64,000 nucleotides of DNA, taken from contig CAVSXX010000002.1 of assembly GCA_963732125.1 (NCBI GenBank), positions 37,985 through 101,984 on the forward strand, in the 5' to 3' direction. The stretch comes from an uncultured Acidimicrobiaceae bacterium. GTDB lineage: Bacteria; Actinomycetota; Acidimicrobiia; Acidimicrobiales; RAAP-2. Below, piece by piece: positions 37,575-49,392 of this stretch. The translations under genes were made by a program, and so were the position numbers. Within the stretch, counting starts at the first letter, position 1; each line of letters starts with the position of its first letter. The notes under the pieces were generated by a model. It did no database searches and was not told the origin of the DNA. It worked only from the letters and a program-made list of their open reading frames with translations.

Positions 37575-37645
37575 CTCGTCACCTTTAACTTCCTCGTCAG
37601 GGACCGTCGCTTCGCTACGTGTCGTCGCTCAAATCTTCCGCCACA

Positions 37646-37682
37646 TTGACACAACGTCGAATGCCATCGTTAGGATACTTGT
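37646..37682 (+). promoter_or_regulatory. Sigma70-type leaderless promoter of marR
   Basis: TTGACA (37646-37651), 19-nt spacer, TAGGAT (37671-37676), 6 nt, then ATG. Confidence 0.5.
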
Positions 37683-39786
<2,104 letters not shown>

Positions 39787-39789
39787 CGC

Positions 39790-40770
39790 CTAGCCCGCAG
39801 GGGCCTCATCGAGCAGTGCGAGCACTTCGGCCTCGCTCCACGCGCCGGGTGGACGACGTTCGCGTGCGAGCTCGTTTGCGAGTCGCTGCAAAAGCTCGTT
39901 GACGGGCGTCGCAATGCCGACCAATCGACCTTGGAGAACGATCTCGCCGGTCAAGTAGTCGGTCTCGACTTCGTCGGTACCGCGCATGAGGCTTTGCCAA
40001 GTTGAACCGCCGCCGCGCTTGTTGCCACCGACCGGCGACGTGGAGAGCAGGTCGCCTCGCCGAGCGAGATCCTCCTCTCGGCTGACGAACGCGATGCCGG
40101 CAGCCTCGAGCACCCTCATTCCTTCATGCACCGCACGGCGCGTCAGTTCCGGTGTCGGCTCATCGCTACCGCAGATCGCCTCGATGGCGTTGCCTAGGTT
40201 CAGCAGCAGCTTCCCGAATTTCCAACGAGCGATGTCGCTACGCGCTACCGAGTCAAAGGTCGCGCCACTCAGGGTGTCGGAGAGCGCGGCCGCTCGTTCG
40301 TCAACGCCCTCGGGCCAGCGCCCCACGTCGAGCAGGCCCGTGATCGGTGAGGACGACGCCTGCACGACGCCGGCGGTGAGGTGCGTCGCGGGACACATCA
40401 CGCACATGCCGTAGACGTTCGCGAAGAGTCGCAGCGCGACACGCTCGTTTTCAACGCCATTCTGCGCGCACACGATGGCGACGTCGCGAGGAATCGCTGC
40501 TCTCAGATCTGCGAGTGCGCGCTGGGTGTCCTGACTTTTCACCGTGACGATCACCACGTCGTCTGACTCGAGCGACAGCTCGGAGGCGTGCGCGACGACC
40601 GGAATGGGCAGCGTCACGGACTCGTCGGGCGTCTCCAGGCGAATGCCGTTCTTGGAGAGCGCCTCATAGTTATCGCCCCGTGCGACGAAAGTCACGTCAC
40701 TGCCGTGCTGGAAGAGCTTCGCTCCGATCACTCCCCCGATAGCCCCCGCGCCGAACACCACGACTCGCAT
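39790..40770 (-). CDS. Ketopantoate reductase family protein
   Basis: FGAGAIGG, TVKSQD, QNGV, KFGKLLLN, STWQSL and ETDYLTGE. Confidence 0.85.
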   Translation of the reverse strand: MRVVVFGAGAIGGVIGAKLFQHGSDVTFVARGDNYEALSKNGIRLETPDESVTLPIPVVAHASELSLESDDVVIVTVKSQDTQRALADLRAAIPRDVAIVCAQNGVENERVALRLFANVYGMCVMCPATHLTAGVVQASSSPITGLLDVGRWPEGVDERAAALSDTLSGATFDSVARSDIARWKFGKLLLNLGNAIEAICGSDEPTPELTRRAVHEGMRVLEAAGIAFVSREEDLARRGDLLSTSPVGGNKRGGGSTWQSLMRGTDEVETDYLTGEIVLQGRLVGIATPVNELLQRLANELARERRPPGAWSEAEVLALLDEAPAG

Positions 40771-40820
40771 CCAGGTCCTACTTTCTCATTGTGGCCAACC
40801 TCAACGTCTATCGTCTTTGA

Positions 40821-41693
40821 ATGAAAATCGTGCGCGTGGAGTCCGTCGAGTGGTTCCTCGATGCCACGGCGACCTACCGTGCGGCAGAACCCGTGCGCAC
40901 GAACATCCTGGGATCCGTGGCAACATCGGTGCTCGCCCGCGCTCGCCACTACGACGCCTACTGGTGGTGGCTCGTCTACTCCGCCAACGGTGACGTCGTC
41001 GGTGCGGCGTTTCGAACCGCACCCTTCGGACTACAGCTCGCTCCGATGCCCCTCGAGGCAGCGACGCCTCTCGCAGCAGCCGTGGCGCGAGAGGACGACG
41101 AGTTCCCATGGTTTGGAGGCGACGCGGACGTCGCGTCACGGTTTCTTCGTGCGTACGAGCGCACCGGTAGCCCCGGATCTTCGAGACGGTTCGTGCCCGG
41201 GGTCACCAGCGTGCTCTATGAGCTCGGCGACCTGGTGATACCGCCCGTCGACGGTGAGTATCGCGTCGCGACCCTCGATGACCTCGACCTGGTCGCTCGT
41301 TGGCTTCGAGAGTTCCAAGACTTCGTCGGAGACATCGCGCACGCGCCATCCGATCGAGATCGCGAAATGCTCAGGATGCGACTGGAGGAGGAGACCATGC
41401 GGCTCTGGTGCGTACAGGGAACGCCAGTCGCCATGGCGGGATTCGCCACGCCGGTCGAAACAGCTGCCGGGTCCGTCACGCGCATCGGTCCGGTCTTCAC
41501 GCCCGAGGATCTTCGCGGGCACGGCTATGGCGCCGCTGTCACTGCCCAGCTCAGCGATGAGCTCGTGCATCGAGGCTCTCGCGTCATGCTCTACGCCGAC
41601 GCCAACTACCCCATAAGCAATCGCGCATATCAAAAGATCGGCTTCCGTGCGCTGCGCGAAGTGGTTCAGTACGACTCCGCGCCAGACAGCTAA
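40821..41693 (+). CDS. GNAT family acetyltransferase (FR47-like C-terminal domain)
   Basis: RIGPVFTPEDLRGHGYG, LYADANYPISNRAYQKIGF. TATCGT-6nt-ATG. Confidence 0.88.
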   Translation: MKIVRVESVEWFLDATATYRAAEPVRTNILGSVATSVLARARHYDAYWWWLVYSANGDVVGAAFRTAPFGLQLAPMPLEAATPLAAAVAREDDEFPWFGGDADVASRFLRAYERTGSPGSSRRFVPGVTSVLYELGDLVIPPVDGEYRVATLDDLDLVARWLREFQDFVGDIAHAPSDRDREMLRMRLEEETMRLWCVQGTPVAMAGFATPVETAAGSVTRIGPVFTPEDLRGHGYGAAVTAQLSDELVHRGSRVMLYADANYPISNRAYQKIGFRALREVVQYDSAPDS

Positions 41694-42202
41694 TTCGACG
41701 CTGCTCCCTGCTCATTGAGGTAGCTCCGCGTGGCAGCGCTGGTCGACAGCTCGACGATGTTGAAGCGTCCTTTGTAGCGAGCCAGCGCGGCGTCGAGGCG
41801 AGGGCGCGCATCGTAGGGAAATCGCCACACCCAGTGCAGGAAGGAGATGTCCAGGTGCTCAGGGCAGCCCTGCGCCTGCACGTCGCGGTGCCAGTTGACT
41901 GCGACGCGCTTCACGACTCGATAGAGGCACACGCGCCGTGACGGGGAGAGCACGATGACCGTGTCGACTCGCTCGAAGCGCAGATCGTAGGTGTTCGAGT
42001 AGTTGCCCTCGATGATCCACCGATCGTGAGCCACGAGCTCGCCCTGGATGGTTCGAAACTCGTCGGCCGGCGTCTCGACCCAGCCTGGACGCCAGAAGTA
42101 CTCATCGAGATGAAAGAGCGGCAGGCCGGTCGTGCGCGACAGCTCCTGAGCGAACGTCGACTTGCCCGAGCCCCCACAACCTACGACCGCGACGCGCTGC
42201 AC
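41690..42202 (-). CDS. P-loop kinase-like protein (FlaR/adenylate kinase-related)
   Basis: VVGCGGSGKST, LDEYFWRPGW and WIIEGNY. Confidence 0.88.
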   Translation of the reverse strand: MQRVAVVGCGGSGKSTFAQELSRTTGLPLFHLDEYFWRPGWVETPADEFRTIQGELVAHDRWIIEGNYSNTYDLRFERVDTVIVLSPSRRVCLYRVVKRVAVNWHRDVQAQGCPEHLDISFLHWVWRFPYDARPRLDAALARYKGRFNIVELSTSAATRSYLNEQGAASN

Positions 42203-42248
42203 ACCGGGTCAGCGTATCCGGCGAGCACGTTCGCCCGGAGGTCGCGAG

Positions 42249-42860
42249 CTATATCTTGACGGCGACGCCGGCGCTCAGGTAGGACCAAGGCTTCGGGCCC
42301 TTGAACGGACCCTCGTCACTCCAGAGCAACTCAAAGCCAGCGTCGCGCACGAGCTCCAGGGGACGCCGTGTGATGTGGCACTCGGTGAGGTGATGCTGCA
42401 GCGGGTCGATCATGCGCTGGGTCAGCGACAGCGCAAACGTCGGCGCGAGCCCGTGTTCGAGAAAGTGGTACTGACCGCCCGGTTTGAGCACGCGCCACAC
42501 GTGGCGCAGCACGAACGCAGGGTCTTCGACGCTGCACAGCGTGAACGTCGAGAGCGCCATGTCGCACGAGTCGTCAGCGAGCACGATCGCGTGCGCGTCG
42601 TGACCCACGAGCTCGATCGGGACCATCGCCGCGCCGATGCGCTTCTCGGCGAGCTTCATCGCGAGCGGGGACGGTTCGACAGCGTAGACCCGCTCGACCT
42701 TCGTCGGATAGAACGGCACGTTGAGCCCGGAGCCGAATCCGATCTCGACGACGGTGCCGCTCAGCCCCTCGCAGACCATTTGACGCCACGGCGCGAGGCG
42801 TGCGCTGGCGCCTGCTCGATTGAGCAGCCGCGGAGCCACGTGATCGCGGTAGTACGCCAC
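42249..42860 (-). CDS. Class I SAM-dependent methyltransferase
   Basis: VEIGFGSGLN, AVEPS, FTLCSV, RVLKPGG and FLEHG. TAGGTT-6nt-GTG. Confidence 0.9.
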   Translation of the reverse strand: MAYYRDHVAPRLLNRAGASARLAPWRQMVCEGLSGTVVEIGFGSGLNVPFYPTKVERVYAVEPSPLAMKLAEKRIGAAMVPIELVGHDAHAIVLADDSCDMALSTFTLCSVEDPAFVLRHVWRVLKPGGQYHFLEHGLAPTFALSLTQRMIDPLQHHLTECHITRRPLELVRDAGFELLWSDEGPFKGPKPWSYLSAGVAVKI

Positions 42861-42957
42861 GATCTGAACCTACAGTTTCCCGGCCGAGGTCACGAAAGCG
42901 AGCAGGCTACCGGCGAGCAAGCCCAATCGTCTTAAACACTTCCCGTATATTGGCCGG

Positions 42958-43992
42958 ATAGCAACCGAAGCCAAGCCACGCCAGACCACCCATCCGGTAC
43001 GTCGCATCATCGCGGTCGTGGTGGCGGGACTGGGCCTGTACGTTCTTCTGCCCGGTCTCGTGCACGTGCTGTCGTCATGGCCGCACCTGCTCAAGCTGGA
43101 GCCGTGGTGGCTGCTCGTTGCCTTCGTCGCCGAAGCGTCGAGCTTCGTCTGTCAGGTGGCACTGTTGCGACTGGTTCTTCGCACGAAGGACTGGTTCGGC
43201 GTTGTCACGGCGTTTCTCGCGGGCAACTCGGTCACGAACACCCTGCCAGGGGGCGACGCGGTCGGTGCCAGCGTGCAGTACCGCATGCTTGCGGGCACCG
43301 GCATTGACACCGTGCAGGCCGCGGGCGGGCTCGCGGTGAGCTCGATCATCGGCGTCGGCGCCCTCTTCGCGCTGCCCATCTTCGCGCTCCCAGTCATCGT
43401 CGGAGGTGAAGCAGTGAGCCCCGGTCTCGTGCACGCCGGGGAGCTCGGCGCCATTGGCTTTGTGCTCATCGTGGCTCTCGGCGTGCTCGTCCTCAACTCG
43501 GACAAGACGCTGCTGGAGCTCGCCAAAGTCCTCAACTGGATCCTTTCCAAGATCCCCGGCAAGAAGGATCGCCCGAGCGCGGACGAGTTCGGCGATCGGC
43601 TCATCAACGAGCGCAACCAGGTGCGAAGCGACCTCGGCAAGAACTGGTGGAAGGCCGTGCTGCTCGTCGCCGGGCGCATCGGCTTCGACTACGGCAGCCT
43701 GCTCGCCATCTTGCACGCGACGGGCACCCGACCGAATTCCGCGCTGGTCTTGCTCGCCTACGCGGCGACCGCCGTGCTCGCACTGTTGCCGATCACGCCC
43801 GGCGGACTCGGCATCGTTGAGGCCAGCCTCAGCGGTCTACTCGTGCTGGCGCACGTGCCAAGCGCCAATGCGGTCGTGGCGACGCTCGCCTTTCGCGTCG
43901 GCTCGTACTGGCTGCCCACTATCGCGGGCGGGGTCTGCTACTGGCTTTATCGTCGGCGTTATGGACCCCTCAGAAACGCGCAGGCTTCTTGA
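42958..43992 (+). CDS. Lysylphosphatidylglycerol synthase TM-region (UPF0104/flippase-like) membrane protein; start uncertain (ATA 42958 or GTG 43018)
   Basis: LPGGDAVG, LPITPGGLGIVE and FRVGSYWLP; multiple TM segments. Confidence 0.82.
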   Translation: MATEAKPRQTTHPVRRIIAVVVAGLGLYVLLPGLVHVLSSWPHLLKLEPWWLLVAFVAEASSFVCQVALLRLVLRTKDWFGVVTAFLAGNSVTNTLPGGDAVGASVQYRMLAGTGIDTVQAAGGLAVSSIIGVGALFALPIFALPVIVGGEAVSPGLVHAGELGAIGFVLIVALGVLVLNSDKTLLELAKVLNWILSKIPGKKDRPSADEFGDRLINERNQVRSDLGKNWWKAVLLVAGRIGFDYGSLLAILHATGTRPNSALVLLAYAATAVLALLPITPGGLGIVEASLSGLLVLAHVPSANAVVATLAFRVGSYWLPTIAGGVCYWLYRRRYGPLRNAQAS

Positions 43993-44043
43993 GCCCTGCT
44001 CGTGCCCTAGCGTTGTCGAGGGAATCTCGCGAACAGGAGCGCC

Positions 44044-45219
44044 ATGACCATTGAACCTGGTCCGAAGGACGGCGTCCCAACCCGTCGTTCGATGCTCTTC
44101 AAGCGCGCCGAAGCGAACGGTATCCCCTTAAAGACCATCCTCACGACGATATTGCTCGTGGTCGTGGTCTATTTCGCGGGCAAGATCCTCTATCGCCTGC
44201 GCGACGTCTTGCTCTTGATGCTGGTCGGCGGATTCGTCGCGCTCCTGCTCAACCCCATCGTCACGTTCCTTCAGCGGTGGCACCAGACGAAGCGTCGAGG
44301 CACGGCCGTCTTGATCGTCATGGTCTTTGCGGTGGTCGTCTTCCTCGGGCTCGCCTTTGCCTTTGGCTATCCCCTCGTGAACTCCATCACCCACCTCGCG
44401 GACAACCTGCCGTCCTATGTCAACAAGGCCGAGCACAACAAGGGATGGATCGGCCATCTGCTGCACAGATACCACATCCAGCACTGGCTCAATGAGAACT
44501 CCTCGAAGTTGATCTCCTTCGCGAAGGGCCTCAGCAAGCCGGCGCTCGCGCTGGGCAAAGGGGCGGCCACGCTGGTCATTGCGCTCGTCACGCTGTTCGC
44601 CTTCATCGTGCTGCTCTTGCTCGAAGCACCCAAGATGCGCCGATTCGCTCTCAGCGCGATGGCCCCGCCCAAGGCGGCCTGGGTCTCGCGAGTCGGCTCC
44701 GAAGTGTCCCAAGTAGCGCTCGGCTACATGATCGGCAACGCCGCGACGTCGCTCATTGCAGGATGCGTGATCTTCATCACCCTGCTGTGCCTCTCGGTTC
44801 CCTTTGCGGTGCTGTTTGGCATATGGGTCGCCCTCGTCGACTTCCTGCCACAGATCGGCGGCGCCCTCGCGGGGATCCCGACGGTGCTCTTCGCGGCCGT
44901 CCACTCCGTTCCTGCGGGGATCGTCACCCTCGTGGTCTTTCTGGTCTACACACAAGTCGAAAATCACGTGCTCAACCCGGTCATCATGAGCCGAACCGAG
45001 CGGATTAATCCGTTGTCGGTTTTCGTCGCTATCCTCGTCGGTGCAGAGATGGGCTCGTGGGTTGGTGGGATCTTCGGCGGATTCGTCGGCGTACTGCTCG
45101 CCATTCCCGCCGCGGCCTCAGCGAGCGTCGTCACGCGTGAGATCTGGCATCTCACCAAGGCGCCTGCAGGCTTCGTCACCGAGTCGCTCAGTGAGGAAGA
45201 TCCCGCGAGCCCCGAATAG
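44044..45219 (+). CDS. AI-2E (PerM) family transporter
   Basis: ALLLNPIV, DFLPQIG, YTQVENHVLNP and GVLLAIP. AGGAG RBS. Confidence 0.92.
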   Translation: MTIEPGPKDGVPTRRSMLFKRAEANGIPLKTILTTILLVVVVYFAGKILYRLRDVLLLMLVGGFVALLLNPIVTFLQRWHQTKRRGTAVLIVMVFAVVVFLGLAFAFGYPLVNSITHLADNLPSYVNKAEHNKGWIGHLLHRYHIQHWLNENSSKLISFAKGLSKPALALGKGAATLVIALVTLFAFIVLLLLEAPKMRRFALSAMAPPKAAWVSRVGSEVSQVALGYMIGNAATSLIAGCVIFITLLCLSVPFAVLFGIWVALVDFLPQIGGALAGIPTVLFAAVHSVPAGIVTLVVFLVYTQVENHVLNPVIMSRTERINPLSVFVAILVGAEMGSWVGGIFGGFVGVLLAIPAAASASVVTREIWHLTKAPAGFVTESLSEEDPASPE

Positions 45220-45232
45220 CTAGAACCGAAAG

Positions 45233-48200
45233 ATGTCCATGTTGAGCCCCGATGACAGTGTGCCCTCCTCCGTGGTCGATGACGCCCTCTCGCGTGCGAG
45301 AGAGCTGATTCGCGCGGCCGCTCGTCCGCGCACGCGCCACGAGCGCACCACCCGACGCAGCCTGCGGCGGCTCTTTAGCGACCCGGCGGCGGTCGACGTG
45401 ACGATCACGCTCACCGACGAGGTGATGCGCTTCAACTCAACCGACAGCGCGACGCTCGCGCTGCGCAGCGCTGCCGAAAACGCGTCCACCAAGGGATTCG
45501 GCGCGCTGAACGCGCTCGGGCTCCGCGCCGTGGGCGAGCTCTCACGAGTCGCCCCGCGCCTCGCACTGCGCCTCGTGCATCAAACGATCCGTGCTCTCAC
45601 CGAGAATCTGATCCTCGACGCGGCACCTGCGGCGCTCACTCGCCAGTTCGAACGGCACGCTCGCGAAGGGCTGCTGCTCAATGTGAACGTCCTCGGAGAA
45701 GCCGTGCTCGGCGAGCACGAAGCGGAGGATCGTCTGGCTCGTGTGCTCGCGGTCGTGCGCCGCAACGACGTCAACTATGTGTCGGTCAAGCTGACGGCGA
45801 TCGTGAGCCAGCTGCAGACGATCGACCACGAGGGATCCCTCGAGCGAGTGGCGACCAAGCTGCGCGTGCTCTACCGTGAGGCCGAACGCGCGGGAACATT
45901 CATCAACCTCGACATGGAGGAGTATCGCGACCTGCGCCTCACGCTCGACGCCTTCATGCGCGTGCTCGACGAGCCAGAGTTCTTGAACCTGCACGCGGGC
46001 ATCGTGCTCCAGGCCTATCTCCCTGACTCTCACGCGGCTCTCGAAGAGCTCATCACCTTCTCCAAACGCCGTCACCGCGAGGGCGGCGGCGTCGTGAAGG
46101 TACGCCTCGTGAAAGGCGCGAACCTCGCGATGGAGCACGTGGAAGCCGAGTTGCACGGCTGGGTCGCCGCACCCTATGCCTCCAAGGCCGACGTCGATGC
46201 GAGCTACCTTCGTCTCTTGGACGTCGCGCTGCGCCCGGAGCACGCGAGGTCCTTGCGCGTCGGTGTGGCGAGCCACAACCTCTTTCATGTCAGCTGGGCG
46301 CTCGAAGTCGCAAAGTCGCGAGGCGTGCTCGAGCAAGTCGACGTGGAGATGCTCGAGGGCATGGCCAACGCCGAGGCCCTCGCACTGACGAAGTCCGGAC
46401 AGCCGGTGTTGCTCTACGCGCCCATCACGCGCCGCGACGACTTTGCCTCCGCCGTCGCGTACCTCGTGCGTCGACTCGATGAGAACACGGCACCCGAGAA
46501 CTACCTGCGTGCCGCCCTCTTCATCGCGAGCGACGGGCACGTCTATCGCGAGCAAGAAGAGCGCTTCCTGCGTGCGCTCGACGCTCGCCACACGATCAGC
46601 GTTGAACCACGGCGGCGCCGACTCAGTCCGTCGACGTCGCACTTCGACAACGAGCCCGACGGTGACCCTACGTCAGATCCCTACGTGAGAGAAGTGGCGA
46701 CCGCGATCGCGCACGTGCGGGCCAAGTCCGATGACGTGATCGACACGCTCACTCACCTGGAGCAACCCGACCCGCTCGACTTCGTCGACGGACACGACCC
46801 GAACGACCACGGCGCGCCGTGGTACCGCTACCGCGTGGCGGGCATGAACGACGTCGACCAGGCGCTCGAGTTCGCGAGCTCCGGCTTCGCCGCGTGGCAT
46901 CGCCTCACGCGCGACGAGCGCCAGACGATCTTGCGGCGCGCCGCAGACGTCATGTCGTCACGGCGAGCAACCACCATCGCCGTGATGTGCCGCGACGGGG
47001 GAAAGACCGTCGCCGAAGCCGACCCCGAAGTCAGTGAGGGCATCGACTTCGCCCGCTTCTACGCTGATCACGCGCCCGGCGATGATCGTTCGACGCCGCT
47101 CGGCGTCGTCCTCGTCGTGCCGCCATGGAACTTTCCGTACGCGATTCCCGCGGGCGGGGTGCTCGCCTCGCTCGCGGCGGGAAACGCCGTGATTTTGAAG
47201 CCCGCGCCCGAGGCGGTTGCCGCCGCGTTCGAGCTGGTGAACCAGCTCTGGGACGCGGGCGTTCCGCGCGAGGCACTGCAGATGGTCCCCACGCGCGACG
47301 ACGAGACCGGGCAGCACCTCGTCACGCACGTGGGGGTGAGCGACGTGGTGCTCACGGGATCGTTCGACACGGCCAAGCTCTTCACGTCCTGGAAGCCCTC
47401 GCTACGACTCCTCGCCGAGACCAGCGGCAAGAACGCCATCGTGGTCACCGCGAGCGCTGACATCGACCTCGCGGTGCGCGACCTCGTGCACTCCGCCTTC
47501 GGTCACGCCGGCCAGAAGTGCAGCGCCGCAAGCCTCGCCATCGTCGAGCGCGCGATGTACGACGACCCTCAGTTCATCGCGCAGCTGGTCGACGTCGTCT
47601 CGACCCTGACGGTCGGACCGGGCTACGACTTCGCGACGAACATCGGCCCGATCATTCGTCCCCCGGAGGCCCCGTTGCAACGGGCACTCACCCAGCTCGA
47701 TGCCGGCGAACACTGGCTCGTCGAGCCAGAGCGGCTCGACGCCGAAGGGTACCTGTGGCGCCCCGGCGTAAAGGTTGGGGTTCGTCGCGGGTCGTGGAGT
47801 CACCTCAACGAGTGGTTCGGTCCCGTGCTTGGCATCATGATCGCCAGCGACCTCACTGAAGCAACGACATGGCAGAACGAGACGCCGTACGCACTCACGG
47901 GCGGCCTGCAATCGCTCAACGAGGCCGAGTGCGAAGCGTGGATCGAGACCGTGCAGGTCGGCAACGTCTACGTGAATCGCGGCACGACCGGAGCAGTCGT
48001 GCGTAGACAGCCCTTTGGCGGGTGGAAGCGCTCGAGCGTGGGGCCGACCGCGAAGGCCGGGGGCGCCAACTACGTGAACTGCTTGCGCCACTGGCACAAG
48101 GTCACTGACGTCGAGGTCGCGCTCGCCGAAGCGAGCGCGTTCTGGAACGACGTCGCCTCCCTCGCTCGCGACGAATCCGGCCTCGACGCCGAGCGCAATA

Positions 48201-48634
48201 TCGTCCGGTATCGCCAGCACCTTCGTCCCATTGCCGTCCGACTCGACGACCACGTGTCGCCCGACGAGCTGCGCTACCTCCTCGGACTGCGCGCACTTGC
48301 GTCGCTCGCGATCGAGTTCAGCGGCGCCGCTCCCATTGACGGTCTCACGGGGATGCGCGTGGACAGCGTCGAGGACTTCACGTCGAGGGTTGCCAACTTT
48401 GACAAGGTTCGCTGGTTGAGCAGCGAACCTGTCCCCTCGATCGCCGCACTCGAGCACGTCGTGAGCATTGATCCGCGCGAACTCGCCCAGAGCGGTGCCG
48501 TCGAACTGCCGCGCTGGCTGCTCGAACAGAGCGTCTCGATCACCAACCACCGCTACGGCAACGTGCACGCGGGCCCGAAGCCATCTGCCCGCGGCCTCGG
48601 CGAGTCCGAAGTGAATGCAGGGAAACGAAGGTGA
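45233..48634 (+). CDS. putA: Bifunctional proline dehydrogenase / P5C dehydrogenase
   Basis: INLDMEEYRD, VLQAYL, VRLVKGAN, ASHNLF, EMLEGMA, YLVRRLDEN, PPWNFP, ETSGKN, AGQKCSA and QPFGGWKRS. Confidence 0.95.
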   Translation: MSMLSPDDSVPSSVVDDALSRARELIRAAARPRTRHERTTRRSLRRLFSDPAAVDVTITLTDEVMRFNSTDSATLALRSAAENASTKGFGALNALGLRAVGELSRVAPRLALRLVHQTIRALTENLILDAAPAALTRQFERHAREGLLLNVNVLGEAVLGEHEAEDRLARVLAVVRRNDVNYVSVKLTAIVSQLQTIDHEGSLERVATKLRVLYREAERAGTFINLDMEEYRDLRLTLDAFMRVLDEPEFLNLHAGIVLQAYLPDSHAALEELITFSKRRHREGGGVVKVRLVKGANLAMEHVEAELHGWVAAPYASKADVDASYLRLLDVALRPEHARSLRVGVASHNLFHVSWALEVAKSRGVLEQVDVEMLEGMANAEALALTKSGQPVLLYAPITRRDDFASAVAYLVRRLDENTAPENYLRAALFIASDGHVYREQEERFLRALDARHTISVEPRRRRLSPSTSHFDNEPDGDPTSDPYVREVATAIAHVRAKSDDVIDTLTHLEQPDPLDFVDGHDPNDHGAPWYRYRVAGMNDVDQALEFASSGFAAWHRLTRDERQTILRRAADVMSSRRATTIAVMCRDGGKTVAEADPEVSEGIDFARFYADHAPGDDRSTPLGVVLVVPPWNFPYAIPAGGVLASLAAGNAVILKPAPEAVAAAFELVNQLWDAGVPREALQMVPTRDDETGQHLVTHVGVSDVVLTGSFDTAKLFTSWKPSLRLLAETSGKNAIVVTASADIDLAVRDLVHSAFGHAGQKCSAASLAIVERAMYDDPQFIAQLVDVVSTLTVGPGYDFATNIGPIIRPPEAPLQRALTQLDAGEHWLVEPERLDAEGYLWRPGVKVGVRRGSWSHLNEWFGPVLGIMIASDLTEATTWQNETPYALTGGLQSLNEAECEAWIETVQVGNVYVNRGTTGAVVRRQPFGGWKRSSVGPTAKAGGANYVNCLRHWHKVTDVEVALAEASAFWNDVASLARDESGLDAERNIVRYRQHLRPIAVRLDDHVSPDELRYLLGLRALASLAIEFSGAAPIDGLTGMRVDSVEDFTSRVANFDKVRWLSSEPVPSIAALEHVVSIDPRELAQSGAVELPRWLLEQSVSITNHRYGNVHAGPKPSARGLGESEVNAGKRR

Positions 48635-49329
48635 CCTCGACCTCGAAGAACGCAAGCGTGCTGTTGATCGGCGCGTCCCGTGGTCTCGGGTACGCAATCG
48701 CCGAGGAGTACGTCAACCGTGGGGCACGGGTTGTCGCAACCGTTCGGGGCCAGGCCCGGACCGCGCTACACGACCTCCAAGACACGGTTGGTGGACTGCT
48801 GGAGATCGAGCAGGTGGACATCAACGTCCCCGAGCAGGTCCAGGCACTGAGGCAGCGGTTCGGGTCGCGCACCTTCGACCTGCTCTTCGTCAACGCGGGG
48901 GTGGGGACAGAGAAGACGGTCGGGGACGTCGCCACCGACGAGTTCGTCCGCCTGATGGTCACCAACGCTCTCAGTCCGATGCGAGTCATCGAAACACTCG
49001 GCGACGTTGTATCCGTCGACGGCACGATTGCGGTCATGTCCTCCGGTCAAGGGAGCGTCTCTAACAACCACAACGGCGGTTTCGAAATCTACCGGGCCAG
49101 CAAATCGGCCCTCAATCAACTGATGCGCAGCTACGCAGCCCGCCACCGGGACGAACCGCGGACGCTGCTCCTCATGGCTCCAGGCTGGGTCAAGACCGAC
49201 CTTGGCGGTCCCAATGCCCGCCTCACCATCGACGAGAGCGTCCCCAACCTGGTGCGCACCGTCGACGCGCAACGCGGTCACAGTGGTCTCCAGTACCTCG
49301 ACTACCAAGGCAACGCCGTCGACTGGTGA
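48631..49329 (+). CDS. Short-chain dehydrogenase/reductase (CsgA/C-factor-like)
   Basis: IGASRGLG, FVNAG, YRASK and PGWVKTDLGG. 4-bp GTGA overlap with putA. Confidence 0.9.
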   Translation: MTSTSKNASVLLIGASRGLGYAIAEEYVNRGARVVATVRGQARTALHDLQDTVGGLLEIEQVDINVPEQVQALRQRFGSRTFDLLFVNAGVGTEKTVGDVATDEFVRLMVTNALSPMRVIETLGDVVSVDGTIAVMSSGQGSVSNNHNGGFEIYRASKSALNQLMRSYAARHRDEPRTLLLMAPGWVKTDLGGPNARLTIDESVPNLVRTVDAQRGHSGLQYLDYQGNAVDW

Positions 49330-49392
49330 GTAGGCGACTCGAGCGAGCGTGCCGCCTGCCGATCTCGCGCGCACACGTTGCCTGATGCGCTA

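Noticed and set aside
44044-45219. Quorum-sensing (AI-2 export) system
   Set aside because: The AI-2E family is broad and no luxS or lsr genes are in the window.
48631-49329. CsgA C-signal developmental role
   Set aside because: The resemblance is only at SDR subfamily level; there is no myxobacterial context.
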